Of a stretch of 64,000 nt of DNA, positions 1 through 9,984 are shown piece by piece. The notes under the pieces were generated by a model, which was not told where the DNA came from, did no database searches, and saw only the letters and a list, made by a program, of their open reading frames with translations. The first letter of the stretch is position 1. Each line of letters begins with the position of its first letter. Both the position numbers and the translations under genes were made by a program. The stretch comes from Fibrobacteria bacterium (GTDB taxonomy: Bacteria; Fibrobacterota; Fibrobacteria; UBA11236; JADFYW01), in contig JBNKOC010000028.1 in assembly GCA_050294405.1 (NCBI GenBank), positions 192,001 through 256,000 of the forward strand. The letters are read 5' to 3'.

Positions 1-339
1 TACAGCGCCGTCATCCATTTCCGAAATTTCATATTCTTCCAAAGTGTTGTATATGGAAAAGACATCATCCAGTTTTGCAGATTCAATAATGGAACGCACG
101 GTTTTATTAATATTAACCACGCCAAAATAAATTTTAAGCTGGTTGCATACCTTGTATGCACTAACAAGCACACTCAACCCGGAACTGTACATCATGTCCA
201 CATCTTCACAATTTATTAACACGGGTTTTCCACTATTAGAAACCAATTGTTTAAGGTGGTCCTCGAATAGGTGGATTTCATCTGGAGAAAACTCCGATGG
301 AAAATCAATTAGCCGGTAATTGCTGTCCAATTCACTCAT
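1..339 (-). CDS. STAS-domain anti-sigma factor antagonist (runs off the window edge)
   Basis: Not in the ORF track. Manual translation from ATG at 339 gives MSELDSNYRLIDFP...VLINCEDVDMMYSSGLSVLV...IESAKLDDVFSIY, with the STAS 'D..SSGL' pattern. ATGA overlap with the upstream gene. Confidence 0.8.
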   Translation of the reverse strand, partial: MSELDSNYRLIDFPSEFSPDEIHLFEDHLKQLVSNSGKPVLINCEDVDMMYSSGLSVLVSAYKVCNQLKIYFGVVNINKTVRSIIESAKLDDVFSIYNTLEEYEISEMDDGAV

Positions 340-1970
340 GATTCTTCTCCTGTTTCCTCTTCCACTATCGGCCCTCGTTTAACTCCTTCGGGAGCCCATT
401 CCAGTTGGATGCTTCTGGCTGGGGAATCACAGTTCCAGGCAGTTCCATACATGGTAATTTTGGCGCTTGGGAAAATATTCCCGCGAATTTGGATTATCCC
501 GGGATAGGAAGTGGGGTTTTGAAAATCATCTACTAAGGCTGCCTTTTTTTCCTCAACATATTGCCGCTTTTTCTTGAGGGCGTAATACTGGGTCATGGCG
601 CTTTCCATTTCCTGCTTCATTTTTGGAGAGGCCACTCCTCCGGCTCGTTTGAGCATTTGGTGCATGCCTCGGATTCTTTTTTCCACAGGAACTAGTGCGT
701 TAAATACTTTTTCACTTAACTTTTCAAATTCCCTGATTTTTTCTTTTTTCTGTTCCTGTTCTTTATCCACCATGTTAATTTCATTGTTATTATCAATGGT
801 GCCAAAGTCGTGGACATCCACTTTGTCGTAAACCATAAACTGGTTATTCGCCAACAAACATCCATGGCCTAATTTTAGAGAGCCGCATTTGATTTTGGAA
901 TTGCGCACGGATTTGTCAATTTTAAGGAAGCCCTCGCAAATAATATTGCATTCCTGGGCCATAGGGGCTTCAATATCCCCTTTTGCTTTTATGGTGGCCT
1001 TTTCTTTTCCAAATATCCCTTTTTTAATAATGACATTCCCGTTGCGCGATGTAATATCGCAAGCTTCAGCCGTGCCTTCAATTTGCACATCGCCTTTAAC
1101 ATCCACCGAAAATCCCCCCTGGACATTCCCATAAATAATAACATCGCCAGAGTATTTAATATTTCCCGTTTTAAAGTTTACATCGTTGGGAATGGTTAAA
1201 AGCTCACCCACGCATATATTGCCATCGCTGCGATATAGGTACCCCCCCACTTTGGCCAGTAATTGCTGCCCATCGGGACTAATTACAGTATTTTTTCCCA
1301 CAGGCAAATTCACTTCTTCGCCGGTTTTGGGCTCTATGGGCTCCCCAAAAACATCTTTGCCTTCTTTGCCCTTTAAAGGAGGAATTTTAATGGCTATAAC
1401 CTCACCCTCTTTTATCTGGCGCACAGTTTTGATGTTTTTAAAATCCACATTGCCACTGGCTAACTGAATAGGTTTGGCATCCGCATCAATAGGCACCTTT
1501 TCCTCAATTCGGCCATCTTTGCCATTTATAGCTTCTGTGGCTACGGCAACGGTATGCAAGGCGTCCCACTTTCTTTTCTTTAAAATTTCCGATATTTCCG
1601 CCCAATTTATCCCGTACACAACTCCTTTTTCCCTGAGTTTAAATTCAAGGTCCTTGGCAGTGATATTAAGGCTGGTGGTTTCAATTTTGCCATTAATTTT
1701 AATTTTGGCTTCTTCTCTTTTAATAACAAATTGAAGGTAGTCGTCTTTTTCTTTTTGGTAATAAATAAAAACCGGGCCCACAAATTCTGGTGTGCCTCTG
1801 GCCTGATTCAGAACATCTTTAATTCTTTTCCAATCATAGTTCATAACCCCTTTGGCCTGGAGGCTGGCTATTACATCTTGTTCATTAAGTTTAATTGCCT
1901 TGGGTACTGTTAAGTACATACCGTCGGTGCGGTCATCCCAGGAAATGGCGTTTTGGCTTGCAGATTCCAT
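336..1970 (-). CDS. FapA/DUF342 family flagellar assembly protein
   Basis: 544 aa. Motifs GNVDFKN, GKEGKDVFG, DVNFKTGNIKYSGDVIIYGNV (beta-helix) and a C-terminal coiled coil. Confidence 0.85.
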   Translation of the reverse strand: MESASQNAISWDDRTDGMYLTVPKAIKLNEQDVIASLQAKGVMNYDWKRIKDVLNQARGTPEFVGPVFIYYQKEKDDYLQFVIKREEAKIKINGKIETTSLNITAKDLEFKLREKGVVYGINWAEISEILKKRKWDALHTVAVATEAINGKDGRIEEKVPIDADAKPIQLASGNVDFKNIKTVRQIKEGEVIAIKIPPLKGKEGKDVFGEPIEPKTGEEVNLPVGKNTVISPDGQQLLAKVGGYLYRSDGNICVGELLTIPNDVNFKTGNIKYSGDVIIYGNVQGGFSVDVKGDVQIEGTAEACDITSRNGNVIIKKGIFGKEKATIKAKGDIEAPMAQECNIICEGFLKIDKSVRNSKIKCGSLKLGHGCLLANNQFMVYDKVDVHDFGTIDNNNEINMVDKEQEQKKEKIREFEKLSEKVFNALVPVEKRIRGMHQMLKRAGGVASPKMKQEMESAMTQYYALKKKRQYVEEKKAALVDDFQNPTSYPGIIQIRGNIFPSAKITMYGTAWNCDSPARSIQLEWAPEGVKRGPIVEEETGEES

Positions 1971-2054
1971 AAAATTTCAAATGACTCTGAAAATGAGCTT
2001 TTCCAATTATATCCTGAACCTCCATTAGGAGTAAATGAAAAAAAACTCAAAAAG

Positions 2055-3242
2055 TCAAAAATCAGGGCTATCCTGACTTTTATGCAAGAATTGCAGACAT
2101 TTTTTACAGGCCAGGTCCGCCCCAAGAGAAGGTCCCAGTTTTCCCATAATTTCCGCGCTTTTTCCGGGCTGACTTTGAGCCTTATGCATCAAATCCAACA
2201 GGAAGATAAAATCAGAGGGCCCTATGCGAATCCCCGCCCACTCCAAAAAATATTTTTCAGACAAAATCCCATTAGCAAGGCTAAGGCAATCGGGTTTTAA
2301 AATTTTTTTACCCAGATAAAAAGTCATGGGGTCCACAAAAGCGCAAAGCAAATGAGGAATATTAAAAAGAGCCAGTTCAAGATTCATAGTTCCCGGGTAG
2401 CAAAGGGCAAGTTGAATGGGTGGCAAATCATGGAGAGGTTCGGTGGTTACACGAAGCTGCTTGTTAAAACCAGAAGGCAGGTTCAACCCGGAAATATGGT
2501 TTTGTAAGTTTTCTTTTAAATCGGTTGTGGTTAAAACGAATATATTATATTCATTTATATTCAAAGTATTTTTATGCGCATCCAGGCTTTCTATATATTT
2601 TTCCAGCAGCTTGCAATATTTTATGAGATTGCGCTTTATTACCGGCAGACGGCTTCCCGGACATAACAAATAATTTTTACTGCTTTCCGGGTTTTGAGCC
2701 TCTTTGTTTGTGCTTCCTGTAAGATAAAAATTCTGAAAATGCCCGTAGCTCACATCTGTCCCAAGCTCGGTATACGCCTTTAAGTCCATAGGGTATAAAA
2801 CTTGCACAGGACAATTTTTAAAGGCTAAAATTTTCTTATGGCGGTAGGGCCAGGTTTGGGACGGGCTGATGTAATACACGGGTATAGCATATGTTTGGCA
2901 TATTTTTAGCAGTTTTTTATTTAATCCGGGAAAGTCCACCAGTATGGCCAATGCTTTGCTTTTTTTATTTAAAGCGCATGCTTTTAGGGATTTTTTCCAT
3001 TGGTTAATTATTTTAATGTATATGGGCAGGTTCGCCCATATGTCCCAAATCCCGCTGGCGCTAACTTGTTTAAGGGAGGCCAAACTTTTAAGGCCTTGTT
3101 TTTTGCTTTCTTCCCCGCCTAAACCAAACAATGTATAGGAATCTAATTGAGGCAAAAGTTTACTTAGAACCTGGGATAAAATTTTATCGCCGGAAACTTC
3201 GCCGGCAGATACAAAAAGTTGAATATTTTCTTTGTTGCCCAT
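2055..3242 (-). CDS. lpxB: Lipid-A-disaccharide synthase (divergent LpxB-like)
   Basis: SAGEVSGD, LVDFPGLN, YYISP, PGSR and GTMNLELAL motifs. Confidence 0.75.
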   Translation of the reverse strand: MGNKENIQLFVSAGEVSGDKILSQVLSKLLPQLDSYTLFGLGGEESKKQGLKSLASLKQVSASGIWDIWANLPIYIKIINQWKKSLKACALNKKSKALAILVDFPGLNKKLLKICQTYAIPVYYISPSQTWPYRHKKILAFKNCPVQVLYPMDLKAYTELGTDVSYGHFQNFYLTGSTNKEAQNPESSKNYLLCPGSRLPVIKRNLIKYCKLLEKYIESLDAHKNTLNINEYNIFVLTTTDLKENLQNHISGLNLPSGFNKQLRVTTEPLHDLPPIQLALCYPGTMNLELALFNIPHLLCAFVDPMTFYLGKKILKPDCLSLANGILSEKYFLEWAGIRIGPSDFIFLLDLMHKAQSQPGKSAEIMGKLGPSLGADLACKKCLQFLHKSQDSPDF

Positions 3243-3922
3243 TAGGGATGGCTAAAATGGACTATCCGGTTGTGGGAAAAGTCCGGCTCAAATTCAGCTT
3301 CTAAGGCAAAGGGGTTGCAATACTCATAATGTTTTTTTTGGGGAGGGCGAATCCAAATGGTAGTCCAGTTTTGCCTCTTTGCAGCGGCCAGGTTTAACAG
3401 GTTGTCGTCCGCAAACAAAAAATTCCTGCAATCAGGATGGTTTTCCAATATTGCCGCCTCCACCTTTTTATAGGAACTCACATGGGGTTTTCCTTCCCAG
3501 TCGCAAAATTGAATATCGAATACAGCTTTGAGCCAATTTTTTTCTATTTGATTAAGTCCCATAGCATTAAGTCCCATCTCCACCCAATCTTTGCGGGCGT
3601 TGGAGAATATGTAAATGGGGATATCAAAACTTAAAAGCCATTTATTCAGCTCTCTATCGGGTCCGGGTAAAAATTTAGGATCGATGCCATGTATGTAATC
3701 AAAATATTCATGGGGGTCCAAGTCGTAATTTTCCATAAGGCCTTTTAAGGTGGTACCGTAATCCCTATGGTATTCCAGGCGAACCCGATTGGCTTTAGCG
3801 CTGTCAAAGCCGTATTTTTCTTCCAGAAACATATTGATGCGCAAATCCAATTCATCCAAAGCGCAGCAGGTTTCGTTATACAGGGTTTTATCGTAATCGA
3901 GAATTAAGGCCGTGTGTGCCAT
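3242..3922 (-). CDS. HAD-superfamily pyrimidine 5'-nucleotidase-like hydrolase
   Basis: LDYDKTLY motif I, YGTTLKGL, FSNA, GKP and FADD motif IV. Confidence 0.85.
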   Translation of the reverse strand: MAHTALILDYDKTLYNETCCALDELDLRINMFLEEKYGFDSAKANRVRLEYHRDYGTTLKGLMENYDLDPHEYFDYIHGIDPKFLPGPDRELNKWLLSFDIPIYIFSNARKDWVEMGLNAMGLNQIEKNWLKAVFDIQFCDWEGKPHVSSYKKVEAAILENHPDCRNFLFADDNLLNLAAAKRQNWTTIWIRPPQKKHYEYCNPFALEAEFEPDFSHNRIVHFSHP

Positions 3923-3925
3923 ATG

Positions 3926-4495
3926 TCAACGTCTAGGATTTTTCAAAAAAGGATGGGGCTTTTTTATGTGATCAAAGTAAAGGCCAAAAACCCCATAAGT
4001 AAAGCCCCATAAAATTTTTTCCCTAATGTTTATGGAGGGGAACTCCATTTGGGGCCAGCTCTTCAGGGTTTTTTGCATTTTATGTTCCTCAGGGTTCAAT
4101 AAAATGCTTTGGGGCACCCAAAATGCTTGGGTGACCTCCTTTGGGTCCAGGACTAAGCCGGGCTTCACATTCATTTCAAAAACAAAAGGACATACCAGCA
4201 TGTGAAAGTGGTCGCGGCTTCCAGCAGAGGAATCCGGCAGTTGCCCCAAAAGGGAATCTTTAGGCAAAACAATACCCGTTTCTTCCCGTGTCTCCCGAAT
4301 GCAGGTGTCCAAAAGGCTTTCATCACGAGGGTCTTTTCGTCCGCCCGGAAGTGCCAAGTGCCCCGACCAGGGATCATTTGGGTGTTTTGCTCTTTCAATA
4401 ATTAAAAATTCGGGCTCTTCATTTTCCACAAAAATAAGGGCCACAGAGGCCATAGGCTCCTGTTTTTCAGAATTTTGAGGGTTGTCCTGGGCCAT
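3926..4495 (-). CDS. Nudix hydrolase, CoA pyrophosphatase-like
   Basis: DPWSGHLALPGG, Nudix box RETREETG, and LWGFTY. Confidence 0.9.
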   Translation of the reverse strand: MAQDNPQNSEKQEPMASVALIFVENEEPEFLIIERAKHPNDPWSGHLALPGGRKDPRDESLLDTCIRETREETGIVLPKDSLLGQLPDSSAGSRDHFHMLVCPFVFEMNVKPGLVLDPKEVTQAFWVPQSILLNPEEHKMQKTLKSWPQMEFPSINIREKILWGFTYGVFGLYFDHIKKPHPFLKNPRR

Positions 4496-4582
4496 TATCC
4501 CCTAAGTTTAACTGCTATTTGGGAAAAAACAAGAAAAAACAAAAATGGACTATACAATAAATTTTTCTATTTTTGCCGAATT

Positions 4583-5629
4583 ATGCAAAAAGAGCACCTA
4601 TTAGATTTTGGCCTGTTGGAGCTGGAAGGTGCTTTAATTGCTGCGGGTGAAAAAAAATTTCGCGCCGCCCAGCTGCTCCAGTGGATTTATCAACATTTTC
4701 AGCCGGATTTTAAGAAGATGAGCAATTTGCCCCCATCTTTAAGAGAAAGTTTGGAGCAAAAATACACTGTGAACCAGCTAGAAATGGTGCAACAGCAATT
4801 TTCCAGCGATGGAACCACCAAGTGGATGCTTAAAACCTGGGATGGCAATTTCATAGAGTGTGTATTAATCCCCGAAGAAAATCGAAACACAGTTTGCTTA
4901 TCTTCCCAGGTGGGTTGTGGCATGGGATGCGAATTTTGCTCCACGGCAAAAATGGGTTATAAAAGAAATTTAACCCGCGGCGAAATTTTAGATCAGTTTT
5001 ATTTAATCCAACTTCATCTAAATAAAAAGGAGTTGGGGAAAATCACTAACGTGGTTTTTATGGGAATGGGCGAGCCCATGCAAAACATTCAAAACGTGGG
5101 GGCAGCCTGTGATATTCTCTGCTCTGTCCAGGGTTTTGGATTGTCCCGGAAAAAAATCACCGTCTCCACTTCAGGATTGGTGCCAGGCATATTGGAATGG
5201 GCCAATAACTTTCCCCAATACAAATTGGCCATTAGCCTTAATGCCCCCAATAATGAAATTCGCCAGAAGTTAATGCCCGTAAACAAGGCCTTCCCCATAG
5301 ATAAATTGTTGGAAGCAGCCAAGGAATACGGAAAAATCACCGGAGAGCGCATCACTTTTGAATACATATTGATTTCCGGCCTTACCAGCGGGATAAAAGC
5401 AGCCAAAGAACTTCGGGCATTGGTATCCGGATTAAACTGCAAAGTAAACTTAATCCCCTTTAACGGTGGAGCGCAGTCTCAATTCGCCCCTCCCAGCGAG
5501 GCGGAAGTTAAAGAATTTGAAGAAATTATAAGTGCCGGTGGATTTCCGGTAATGATTCGTAAACCCAGGGGCCGCGATATTGCCGCCGCCTGCGGACAAT
5601 TGGTTCAACTTGAAAAAAAGGTCGCGTGA
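4583..5629 (+). CDS. rlmN: Dual-specificity 23S rRNA/tRNA methyltransferase RlmN (radical SAM)
   Basis: SSQVGCGMGCEFCST, VFMGMGEP, RGRDIAAACGQL. Start moved to ATG at 4583. Confidence 0.95.
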   Translation: MQKEHLLDFGLLELEGALIAAGEKKFRAAQLLQWIYQHFQPDFKKMSNLPPSLRESLEQKYTVNQLEMVQQQFSSDGTTKWMLKTWDGNFIECVLIPEENRNTVCLSSQVGCGMGCEFCSTAKMGYKRNLTRGEILDQFYLIQLHLNKKELGKITNVVFMGMGEPMQNIQNVGAACDILCSVQGFGLSRKKITVSTSGLVPGILEWANNFPQYKLAISLNAPNNEIRQKLMPVNKAFPIDKLLEAAKEYGKITGERITFEYILISGLTSGIKAAKELRALVSGLNCKVNLIPFNGGAQSQFAPPSEAEVKEFEEIISAGGFPVMIRKPRGRDIAAACGQLVQLEKKVA

Positions 5630-6256
5630 ATGCTAACACAAAATCTAGCCGAATATTGGGAGGAATTTTACCAAAACAAGGAAGATAAATGGGAAATTGG
5701 CGGTGTGACTCCGGCTTTAAAACATTTTTTCAACCATCCCAGCTGTCCTAAAAAAGGCAGAGTTTTGGTACCTGGGGCTGGCCGTGGTTACGATGCCTGC
5801 GCTTGGGCGGAAAAAGGCTACGAAACGGTGGCGGTGGATTTTGCCCCCTCTGCCTTTGAATCCCTCACCCATTTTTCCGAGAAAATCCCTAACTTATCCG
5901 TGCTTAAGCTGGATTTGTTTGACTTAACTCCAAAGCGCACCGAACTTTTTGATATTGTTTACGAGTACACATGTTTTTGTGCCATACATCCCGGTCGCCG
6001 CGACGAATACTTCGAGGTTTGGCATAAAATGTTAAAGCCGGACGGCATTGTGGTGGCTCTTTTTTACCCACTTATTTCCGATACAAATCTCGAAGGCCCA
6101 CCTCACCCCACTTCAGAGGGCGAATTGCTGGCCCGCCTGGATGGGGTTTTTGAACTAGTGGAACAAATTCCAGCTCAGGGCTCCATATCTGCTCGCGAGG
6201 GCAAAGAAGAGTTCTGGATATTGAAAAAGGCTCAAAATTCCACTTTGGACAGTTAA
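5630..6256 (+). CDS. Thiopurine/halide S-methyltransferase-like SAM methyltransferase
   Basis: YWEEFY..W, VLVPGAGRGYD, YEYTCFCAI, GPP. Confidence 0.85.
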   Translation: MLTQNLAEYWEEFYQNKEDKWEIGGVTPALKHFFNHPSCPKKGRVLVPGAGRGYDACAWAEKGYETVAVDFAPSAFESLTHFSEKIPNLSVLKLDLFDLTPKRTELFDIVYEYTCFCAIHPGRRDEYFEVWHKMLKPDGIVVALFYPLISDTNLEGPPHPTSEGELLARLDGVFELVEQIPAQGSISAREGKEEFWILKKAQNSTLDS

Positions 6257-6343
6257 TTTTTTGAGAGTTTTCCCGATTTTAACCCGGCTCCCGGGGTGAT
6301 CTGATTATATAATAACCCTTGGCCTTCACAAGTTAGCATTACT

Positions 6344-8275
6344 ATGTCTGTTAGAAATATTGCCATATTAGCCCATATCGACGCGGGTAAAACAACCCTC
6401 TCGGAGCGCATGTTATATATCACCCATGCCATCCGCCAAATGGGAAACGTGGACGAGGGCCTTTCCACAATGGACTATTTGGAGGAAGAGCAAAAAAGGG
6501 GTATTACCATAAAAGCGGGAGTGGCTCATTACGAGTGGAAAAAATCTTATTTCACTTTAATCGACACCCCAGGGCACCTTGATTTTGGCAGCGAAGTGGA
6601 TGCGGCCATATTGGGCGCCGAAGGGTCTTTAATAATTGTTTCCAGCACCTCGGGAATTGAGTCCCAAACCCAGGAAGCCTGGAAAAAAATATGGGACGGC
6701 GGTTTAACTCCTGTGATATACATCAATAAACTGGATTTGCCCGGCCTTCCCCTTAAAAAAATTCTGGAAGATATACAAAACGAATTTAAAGTCACTCCCT
6801 TTTTAATGACACTTCCTGTTTATAGAGATTCGGAATTAAACGGAGTTATTGATGTATTAAATAAATGTTATTTGCAATGGCCGGGAGTTAACATCAGGGA
6901 ATTCTCTCAGCATGTTATTGAAGATAGCGAAAAAGAGGCCTTTGATGAAGCCTGGGTGCAAATGATGGATGCGGCGACAGAACAGGACTCGGAGCTTACC
7001 ACTGCCTATTTAAAAAACGAAGAGCTGGCTATTCCCGATATTTTAAAAGGGTTGCAAAAAACCATGGCCACTCGCAAATACATTCCGGTTTATGTGGGCT
7101 CTGCTTTAAATGGCATGGGAGTGCGCCAGCTTTTAAACGGCCTTTATTTTTTTGTACCCAACTCCACAACCCGCCTGGACCCGGAATGTTTATTACAGGC
7201 CATGCAGATAAAACACTTTCCCGGGCTTGGAGATTTATGTATTGCTAAATTACATCAAAACGTAGAGCTTCCTAATCCATACATCGATAAATTTTACCGC
7301 TTGCAAGCCAATGAATTTGAAGAAAAAACAAAGGCCAGAGCGGGCGATGTATTGGCCATGCGTCTTAACCAGCCTTATCGGGAAAACGCCCGTGTGGGTT
7401 CCATATTGAAAAAAAATGCAAAAGAATGGTCCACTCCCAAAGGAGGTTACAGTTCCTATTTGCCGTTAATCCAGGCTAGCCTGGAGCCCATGCGTGAAGA
7501 AGATTATTCCAAACTGGATACGGTTTTAAAACGGCTCATTCGCCAGGACCCCTCTTTAAAACTCGGAACGGATCCTAAAACCGGAGCTTGGGTGGTATCT
7601 GCCATGGGAGAAGTCCATCTTGATGTTTTGGCGAATCGCCTGCAAAAATTAAGCGATATTGAAGTAAAAATGGGCCAGCCACGGGTAACTCTTTACGAGC
7701 GTTTGACCAAAACCTTCCGGGGTTTACAAAACAGGTTTGTAGGAGAAAATGTGGATATTTTAATAGAAATGGACATTTTTCCCAAAAAATCCTGGGAAAT
7801 TTTGGGAATCAATTCCGACAATGTTGAGTTAAGTGAGGAGGCTCGGCAGGTTGTGGAATCAGTACTTACTCAGTTCAGTGAAAAAGGCATTTCTGGAAAG
7901 GGGCCTCTAAAGGGTTTAGTGCTAAATCTTAAAAAAATTGAGTTTTCTGGAGACTCCCACCGTTTTATTCCTTCTCTGCACAAATGCCTTTGGGATTGTT
8001 TAAATTTAAACCTAACTCCTGAAAATATTGCGATTTACGAGCCTATTGTAAAAGTGTATTTGACGGTTCCCAATCAGGATTGCGGCAAGGTCCTGCAAGA
8101 TTTGGACAGCCGCGGGGGCGAAATTAAGGGGCTGGAATCCGTGTTGGAAATTTCAAAAATAATCTGTGAGATTCCCTTGCAAAAAATATTTAACTATTCT
8201 ACCTTGCTCCGCTCTCTGTCAAAAGGGCAGGGAAGTTACTATTTGAAGTATTTAAAACACGGTTTAGTACAATAA
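6344..8275 (+). CDS. Divergent elongation factor G-like GTPase
   Basis: AHIDAGKTT, RGITI, DTPGH, NKLD, GSAL, MGEVHL, and a domain V ending YSTLLRSLSKGQG. Domains II and IV are eroded. Confidence 0.85.
   Translation: MSVRNIAILAHIDAGKTTLSERMLYITHAIRQMGNVDEGLSTMDYLEEEQKRGITIKAGVAHYEWKKSYFTLIDTPGHLDFGSEVDAAILGAEGSLIIVSSTSGIESQTQEAWKKIWDGGLTPVIYINKLDLPGLPLKKILEDIQNEFKVTPFLMTLPVYRDSELNGVIDVLNKCYLQWPGVNIREFSQHVIEDSEKEAFDEAWVQMMDAATEQDSELTTAYLKNEELAIPDILKGLQKTMATRKYIPVYVGSALNGMGVRQLLNGLYFFVPNSTTRLDPECLLQAMQIKHFPGLGDLCIAKLHQNVELPNPYIDKFYRLQANEFEEKTKARAGDVLAMRLNQPYRENARVGSILKKNAKEWSTPKGGYSSYLPLIQASLEPMREEDYSKLDTVLKRLIRQDPSLKLGTDPKTGAWVVSAMGEVHLDVLANRLQKLSDIEVKMGQPRVTLYERLTKTFRGLQNRFVGENVDILIEMDIFPKKSWEILGINSDNVELSEEARQVVESVLTQFSEKGISGKGPLKGLVLNLKKIEFSGDSHRFIPSLHKCLWDCLNLNLTPENIAIYEPIVKVYLTVPNQDCGKVLQDLDSRGGEIKGLESVLEISKIICEIPLQKIFNYSTLLRSLSKGQGSYYLKYLKHGLVQ
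8177..8205 (+). promoter_or_regulatory. Candidate sigma70 promoter for the S10 cluster, inside the 3' end of the EF-G-like gene
   Basis: TTGCAA-N17-TACCTT followed by a GC-rich discriminator-like GCTCCGC. Confidence 0.35.
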
Positions 8276-8298
8276 AAAAAATCGTGTTTCAATTATGG

Positions 8299-8398
8299 TG
8301 AGGTAGAGCCGAAAATTCTGCAGGGTGCCCTTGGTATCTTGTAAAAAGTTCGCCTTCCTCATTAAAAACCTGGGAAATTTTGGAAGTTCCAAAACCCA
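8299..8398 (+). promoter_or_regulatory. Structured 5' leader of rpsJ (two hairpins)
   Basis: TGAGG..CGAA..TGCAGGGTGCC/GGTATCTTGTA..TTCG..CCTCA, then TGGG..TTTTGGA/TCCAAAA-CCCA just before the AGGA RBS. Confidence 0.5.
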
Positions 8399-8412
8399 TA
8401 TAGGAAAAAAAA

Positions 8413-8721
8413 ATGGCAGGTGAAAAAATTAGAATTCGATTGAAGTCCTTCGATCATCGCATGATCGATAAATCGGCTTCCGATATCGTAAAAACAGCCA
8501 AGAATTCCGGGGCAAAAATTGCTGGTCCCATTCCGCTGCCCACTAAAAAGGTTATATATACAGTAAACCGTTCTCCCCATGTGGATAAAAAAAGTCGCGA
8601 ACAGTTCGAAACCAGAACACATAAAAGATTAATAGACATTGTGGATTCTACTCCTCAAACTATCGATTCGCTTATGAAGCTCGAATTGCCTGCTGGCGTT
8701 GAAGTTGAAATTAAGGTGTGA
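8413..8721 (+). CDS. rpsJ: 30S ribosomal protein S10
   Basis: [32 protein letters not shown]. Confidence 0.98.
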   Translation: MAGEKIRIRLKSFDHRMIDKSASDIVKTAKNSGAKIAGPIPLPTKKVIYTVNRSPHVDKKSREQFETRTHKRLIDIVDSTPQTIDSLMKLELPAGVEVEIKV

Positions 8722-8723
8722 TT

Positions 8724-9341
8724 ATGAATGGCATAATTGGCAAAAAGTTAGGAATGACCCATTACTTCACAGAAGAAGGGCGTCAAATTCCGGTAACTGT
8801 TGTTCAGGTTGAAACTGCTACTGTGGTATCTGTCCGAACAGAAGAGAAAAACGGCTACTCTGCAGTTCAAGCTGGCTTTGTGGACGCAAAAGAAAAACAC
8901 GTAAGCAAGCCAAAGCTCGGCCTATATAAAAAGGCTAATGTTTCTGCTAAAAGAATTTTAAAAGAGTTCCCCATTGCCGAAGGTTCCGAACCAAAAGTTG
9001 GCGATAGCTGGGATATATCCATTTTTGAAAACGTAACATCCGTATCTGTTACTGGTATTTCAAAAGGCCACGGCTATTCTGGAACTATTAAAAGACACAA
9101 TTTTTCCAGAGGTCCCATAACCCACGGTTCTAAAAATAAAAGAGAACCCGGTTCAACTGGGCAGGCCTCTTATCCAGCACGCGTATTCCCAGGTAAAAAA
9201 ATGCCCGGTCAATACGGAAACGTTCAAGTTACAGTAAAAAACATCAAGTTGGAAAAAATGGATGCCGAAAAAGGAGTGCTTTTTCTTAAAGGAGCGGTTC
9301 CTGGCGCCATTAACAGTCATGTTTTGATAAGAAAAGGTTAA
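8724..9341 (+). CDS. rplC: 50S ribosomal protein L3
   Basis: GKKLGMT, SKGHG, THGS, VFPGKKMPG. ATG at 8724. Confidence 0.98.
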   Translation: MNGIIGKKLGMTHYFTEEGRQIPVTVVQVETATVVSVRTEEKNGYSAVQAGFVDAKEKHVSKPKLGLYKKANVSAKRILKEFPIAEGSEPKVGDSWDISIFENVTSVSVTGISKGHGYSGTIKRHNFSRGPITHGSKNKREPGSTGQASYPARVFPGKKMPGQYGNVQVTVKNIKLEKMDAEKGVLFLKGAVPGAINSHVLIRKG

Positions 9342-9342
9342 T

Positions 9343-9984
9343 ATGGCAAAAGCAGCACTATACGCCAATGATGGAACCAAAAAATCTGAGGTAGAATTAC
9401 CAGCAGATTATTTTGATGGTTCTATCAATGAAGGAATTGTTCACGAATATGTGATGGTTGCTCTGGGTAACCAAAGACAGGGTACTGCCAAAACAAAAAG
9501 CCGCAGCGAAGTGAGCGGAACTGGCAAAAAACCCTGGAAGCAAAAAGGCACAGGACGTGCACGCTCCGGCGCAAGCACATCTCCAATATGGGTGCGTGGT
9601 GGCAAGGCTCACGGAGCTATTCCCCGCGATTATACCCGCAAGTTAAATAAAAAAGTTAAGAAGCAGGCTTTGGTATCTGCCCTTACACAAAAAGCTCAGG
9701 AAAATGGCGTTCATGTATTTGAAAGTCTTAACCTGGAGGGGCCTAAAACCAAGGGTTTGGCTTCTATTTTATCTAAAGCCGAAATTGCCGGTAAGAATTT
9801 AATTCTTATTTCTGAGCCTGATACCAACTTGTTTTTGGCAGGCAGAAATATTCCCAGTGTAAAAATCGCCAATGTTGCTGATATTAACGCTCTGAATGTT
9901 GTGTCCGCAAGTAATTTGATTTTTACTCAATCGGCTCTTGCGCAATTTTCCAAAGCAAAGGAGGCTGTAAGTGAAGCCGCTTAA
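9343..9984 (+). CDS. rplD: 50S ribosomal protein L4
   Basis: RQGTAKTKSRSEV, KPWKQKGTGRAR. Confidence 0.98.
   Translation: MAKAALYANDGTKKSEVELPADYFDGSINEGIVHEYVMVALGNQRQGTAKTKSRSEVSGTGKKPWKQKGTGRARSGASTSPIWVRGGKAHGAIPRDYTRKLNKKVKKQALVSALTQKAQENGVHVFESLNLEGPKTKGLASILSKAEIAGKNLILISEPDTNLFLAGRNIPSVKIANVADINALNVVSASNLIFTQSALAQFSKAKEAVSEAA

Noticed and set aside
4475..4582. N-terminal extensions in the ORF track (rlmN; also rpmE, PEPCK and the 57113 ORF)
   Set aside because: Artefacts of longest-ORF calling; downstream starts fit homology or RBS better.
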